A stretch of DNA of 64,000 nt, from positions 62,001 to 126,000 of the forward strand of contig QPGO01000115.1 of NCBI GenBank assembly GCA_008632985.1. The letters are read 5' to 3'. The notes beneath the pieces were generated by a model that worked only from the letters and a program-made list of their open reading frames with translations, had not been told where the DNA came from and made no database searches. Shown here one piece after another: positions 59,002 through 64,000 of this stretch; position 1 is the stretch's first letter, and every line of letters starts with the position of its first letter. The stretch is from Psammoneis japonica. Taxonomy: Eukaryota. A program made the translations under genes and the position numbers.

Positions 59002-60592
59002 ATGGCGTCATCCAACTTCCAACTGCCATTTTCGAAACGAACACCGTTGCCCAACAACATGATGGCTCGGTTGATGGCTGCTCGCCATGGTCAAATACTT
59101 GTTCTTTCTTCTCCGTCCTCTTCTCACTCTTCTATGTTGATGAATTGTACTCGGTCTCGGTGTTTCTCGATAGCATCAGCGCGAACGATCCAACGTCGTG
59201 CGATTCACCAGAAACGGAATTCCTATAGTAGAGGCCTCATGCAGAGAAGAACGTCGGCATCGTCGGTACGACACAGCAGCGTTCAATCATCTGGAGCTGG
59301 CGCTGACTCCTCTAGGTGGACCGTGAACGAGCTTGTAATGGCAGGGCTACTAGCCTTAGGAAGTACAGTTGCTTTTGTAGCCGGAGCTGAGCTTGCTGTC
59401 GTGAAATCCAAAAAGGAAGATGAATCGTCATCAATCATGAGACCGCCGCAGGCAAAGCCAATGGAAAAGGAAAAGATGAATGGTTTAGCTCTCGAGACGA
59501 TAGATGCCATTGGTGAAAGCTCTGAAGGGAACATCAGTACGATCACAGGAAATGTAACTGCTGTAGGACGATCCAACGAGCATACGTTACCAAGTATTTC
59601 AAGTATTCCATACGAGGTAATTGAAGCGAGAATCACCTTTCTAGATTGCAGTTGAGCTCCAGAATGAATCTTTACACTCACTTTCTCAATTTTTAATGTT
59701 GCTCGCTCTTCTTTATTTGCTTGAATGTAAGTCTTCGGTATGTGCACTCCAAGGGCATCGACCGCACATGGAAGACACCTGCTTTGTTGGTGAGGGGGGT
59801 AGATTCGTAGCCGTTTTTGATGGTCACACGGGGGCTGGAGTATCTAGCTTTCTTCGCGACCGCCTGTACAATACCTTTGCAAGACATTTAAAGAGAGAAA
59901 TTGGCAGCACCAACAGTGACAATGCCGCATCTCGTGCCAATGCCCTTCGTGCCGCGATTCGTGACATGGACAAGGCTGTCCTGCAACAAGATCGACTCTG
60001 CAATCAGGGGAGTACAGCGGTTGCTGTATCTCTGCACGAACAGGAAACTGGATACAAGACACTCGTGTCTGCCAATGTAGGAGACAGTCGGGCCATTTTA
60101 AGCAGGGCGGGGCATGCTGTTGATTTAACTAGGGATCATAAACCAGGTGATGCGCATGAGAGAGCACGGATTGAAGCAATGGGAGAACGTGTGGTTTGCG
60201 ACCGCCGATATGGAAAAGTGTGTCGCGTACGTCAATTGGCAGTGTCCAGAGCCATTGGTGACGCGTTTGCAAAGCCTGTCGTGAGCGGTGAAGCTGACAT
60301 TCAACAAGTGCCGTTATCCAACGTAGACGACGAGTTTATACTGCTTGCGAGCGATGGCCTCTGGGATGTCATGTCTAGTCAAGAAGCGATATCATTTGTT
60401 CACGACAACATTGAAGCAGTGCAAGAAGACCATGCCTCTCATGCAGACTTTGATTTAGATGAGGCAGAGACTTCCTTGCGTAAACACATGTCAAGTTTCG
60501 TCGCCAACGAAGCTATAAGACGAGGGTCTGTTGATAACGTTTGCGTTGTTATTGTATGGCTCAAGGATAGGCTACATAATGCTGGTGAATAG
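59002..60592 (+). CDS. PP2C phosphatase, paralog 3; intron 59617-59731
   Basis: QGHRPHMED, VFDGHTG, ANVGDSRA, DHKP, SRAIGD, ASDGLWD, DNVCV. Confidence 0.92.
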
Positions 60593-61149
60593 TTGCGTTC
60601 CAGAGAGAGAATGTTCAGCTATTGGTAGCTACTTGATAGCTAATAGAAATAAAGAATGGTCCCAGTTTCTATTATAAGGTGTTTACTTGGAACATGATAA
60701 ACTAAGGTGCAGTGATTAACCTAACTTTAAGCTATGACACTCTTGTCGCCGCGCTACTCGCACTTACAGTGCCATGCATGGTGGTCAGGAACGCCTCAGT
60801 TCGAGACAAAGCAGAAGCAAGTAGGCAAAGAGACAGTTCAGAAACAGTGCTCATCACAGAGGCTTGAGGGGCATTAGCGACAAAGCTTGTGTTGGCACAT
60901 GACACTCGGTTGCAGCGGAAAGACTCAAGCCATTCGCTTTGGGAACGGCAGCGGAAGGCATTCAAACAAAAACAATGCGTTGCCGATAGCAACAGACGAC
61001 GTTAGGAGCTGCCCCAACACCTTTTGGTGGTGTTGCCGCACTGATCGATTTCAGAAAAGAATCCGAAACAGATCCCGCCAGTCACAAGAATCCGAAGGAT
61101 AGATCCCGTCAGTCGTCACATCCTCACGTCCAACCTTCTGACAATGGAG

Positions 61150-62730
61150 AGAATGCGCGGTTTAGCCTTTTTGTTGATCTGGTGGATCTTCTGAGAAGAC
61201 AGAGATGGCCAATGAAACCAAGAAATGAATGAAGAAGCAAAAACCAACATGAGCACAAGGGCAAAGAAGAGTTGGGTGAGAGAGCTTCCGCATTGTGACA
61301 GCCTTCATCATGGAGATGAAAAAGCAGCACCAATGGCACCAGTCACACACATGCAGGATTGCTCCAAAATGGTTGTCAGCCAAATTGAGATGAGCAACCA
61401 ATTGTCCATTGCATTTGATTTTGTGTTGGCATTCTTCATTTCTAACTGCGTTCTTCTCATCCTTCATGTTCGGTGTTCTCCTCAATCTGCTTTGAAGCAC
61501 TGCCAAAGTGCAAACTTGAAAATCTGACCCGTTGTGTGTCAACCCAGATTCATTTGCCATGCCATGAAAAATGCTTTGAGATTGATTGGCCACTCTTGTT
61601 GTTTGATTTTCTTCTGTCAAAACCCCTGATTTTTGGCTGTCACAGCCAAACTCACAGAGCCGAAACAATCAAAATGGGCAAACGCAAGTTTTGATGTGCA
61701 GCAGTGGCTGTCATTGTTCTGTGTGAAGATTGCTTTTTCCTGTTCATGCACAAGCTAAACAACAAAGTTGGGGCAGCAGGAAGGTGGGCCCGGGCAAGCT
61801 GAGAGAAGCGGCAGCTGCTGTTGTGCCAAGCAAGCTCTGCACCTTGTTGGTGTCTGGCTGCACCAGTTGAGCGAGGCTCCTGGTGCTGTTTTCAACCAGG
61901 GGCCAGAGGCACAGATTCCACAGGAGATGCCAGAGATGTGGAGAGGCAAGGCATTGCCATGGCATGTGGTGCAGACAGGAGCTGCAACAAAGAGAAGAAA
62001 GAGAGACAGAGACAGAGAGATCAGAGAGTGAGGGGGGGTGAAGCGAAGTGATGCACTTGAAAAGTGAGCATCAGCTGTGAGATCTTGGGGGAGAGAGAGA
62101 AAAAGAGAGAGGCCAACAAGGTGGAGGGGGCAAGTCTCTCTTGGAGCATTGGGAGCGGCAACAGCAGGAGGGATGGCAGCTTCTTGCAGGCACTGGTGCA
62201 GGGGTGTTTTGGTCATGAGTGCACAACAGAGGTGGTCATCAGAGCAGCGGCATTGGCAGTCAGAGCAACAGCCACAACAGCCAGTGTGAGAGGTGTGTTC
62301 CCACTGTTGAGCCCTGTTGGTGGGGTTGGGGCTGGCTGTGTTGGGGGGGATGACTGTTCCTCTGACTGGCAGCAGCAGCGCTGACGTTGGAGTGACCCGG
62401 GCAGTCGTGGCACCACTTCTTGTGGGAGGTGGAACAGAGCATGGCAGTCAGGGCAAAGTCAGGTGGGGCAGTTTCATCAACCTGTGTTTAGCACACACTT
62501 TGGGCAATGTCATGAGAGCTGCTGCTGCATGACAAGCGCAGAGCAAAAAACAGTGGCACAAGAACAAAAAAAGTGGGCGGTGTGACAAGTGCCAGGAGGA
62601 GCATTGTTGCAATGGTCCTGACAGCGGGTCAGAGGGGGGGGGGGGCTTGGGGACAAGGACATGCTGTCATGCAGCCATTGGGCCTGAGCCATGTCATGTT
62701 AGTTGTTCTCTTGCGGCTTTTATTGTGTGC
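61150..62730. other. Degenerate TpA/CpG-depleted insert between PP2C paralogs 3 and 4, unassigned
   Basis: Very few TA or CG, abundant TG/CA, no recognisable protein. Confidence 0.5.
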
Positions 62731-63126
62731 AGTTCCTCGAACGGATGGAATGCACTGTCATGGTTACCTCCAACTTTACAGTGTACTTTGTTGGTCAGTC
62801 TTGCTTTTCTTCCCTTCATTAAATAGTCATGACGTGTACACATCAACCATTTCTTAACTTATTTAGCTCCGGACATCTGTACCAGTCGTATGTCCTGTAG
62901 ATTTCTACACAATATCCGCCACGTGAGCACGCGCGAATGCAAAAGATCGCGGAGGCACATCAAAATCCGGAGCAAACATCACGGAACTTGTTCTGTTCAA
63001 CTTGCATGGCCATCAAACTCCGGTACAAAAAGATCCTGGGCAACGGCTCGCTGTATTGTTTGAATTCCGACGTTTGAATCCAAGTGCGGCACAATTGCGT
63101 TCTGTTTGTCATAAAGTCAAGACACC

Positions 63127-64000
63127 ATGGCTACTTGTAGGTTAGCATCCGCAGGAATCGTAGGCGCTCGTCGGGGTCGAAAGGCAATTCGGGGTGGCTC
63201 ATGCGTGAGCAACGCCAACAATGCGCGAGTCAATGCTTCATCTGCAGCACGAGGCGGCCAGAGACGTCACTCCTTTGCAGCTCCAACTGGATCCTCTCAA
63301 AGTGATAATTTCAATGACGCTACCAACTGGACGGCTCGTGAAATGTCCATGGCGATGGCTGTTGGATTGGGTGCCAGCGCGTGGCTGACGTTGGATGTCA
63401 TGGAGAAGAATTCTCCAAACAACCTTACAAGCACGATAACGAGAAAAGTCACGGAAAGTCTTCAGGATAAGAAGCATTCTCTCTTGGCAACCACTTCTGC
63501 AGCAACTGTACCGAGCGATCAGGGATGGTGTGCAGCTCTGCAACAGGTTCTTATGGAGCATACGAGTGGCTTTCGCAAGCCTGAACCTAAGCCTTTGATT
63601 CGAGAACAACGATATGACGTAAGTGACGGAACTTGTGTCTCGTTTGTTATACCATGGATAATACCGGTAGTTGTTTCTCACTGAGTCACTTGATCAATGT
63701 TTATGCATATTTACAGGCCTCGATTGGAGCTCTCCAGGGCGATCGCCCCTACATGGAAGATACTTGCTACGTTGGCGACCAAGGCCGGTTTGTTGCTGTC
63801 TTTGACGGTCATGGTGGATCGAGGGTGTCGTCTTTACTGCGAGAACGCCTGTACAAATCCTATGCCGGACACCTAGACAAGAAGCGAGCACCATCGCTTT
63901 TACAGCGACAAAAGTCCATTCGTGCCGCCTTTGATCAAGTCAACAGGGAGGTTCTCAAGCTCGACGAGCTTGAGTTTGAAGGAAGCACAGCAGTCGCCGT
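63127..64000 (+). CDS. PP2C phosphatase, paralog 4, truncated by the window end; intron 63619-63716
   Basis: After the intron: ASIGALQGDRPYMEDTCYVGDQGRFVAVFDGHGG...EGSTAVA. Confidence 0.88.

Overview
Eukaryotic nuclear DNA, most likely from a diatom (signal peptide + 'AAF' plastid-targeting motif, short GT-AG introns, CoDi-type Copia element). Intact gene blocks encode a small plastid protein, GatB, PA200/PSME4, a GH3 beta-xylosidase, two copies of an unknown membrane protein, a glycosyltransferase-like protein, RUS1/DUF647, DUF3754, a sulfotransferase and four PP2C phosphatases. They alternate with sharply bounded degenerate domains (about 1-1450, 15.1-30.0 kb, 32.1-40.3 kb, 46.3-47.3 kb, 54.9-56.8 kb, 61.15-62.7 kb) holding Gypsy, Copia and other element remnants. 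The main result is that these domains have lost almost all TpA dinucleotides by directional TA->TG/CA transitions (A->G after T), in addition to the familiar CpG->TpG/CpA decay and partly independently of it. Internal paralog pairs and conserved motifs show the direction (YVDD->HIDN, VYTDH->VHTDH/ACTDH, EELTVDY->EELAVNC), and TTAA is preferentially spared. This looks like a RIP-like but adenine/TpA-directed hypermutation system acting on repeats. A modified-base basecalling artefact must be excluded first. All counts and alignments were done by eye; no database search was run.
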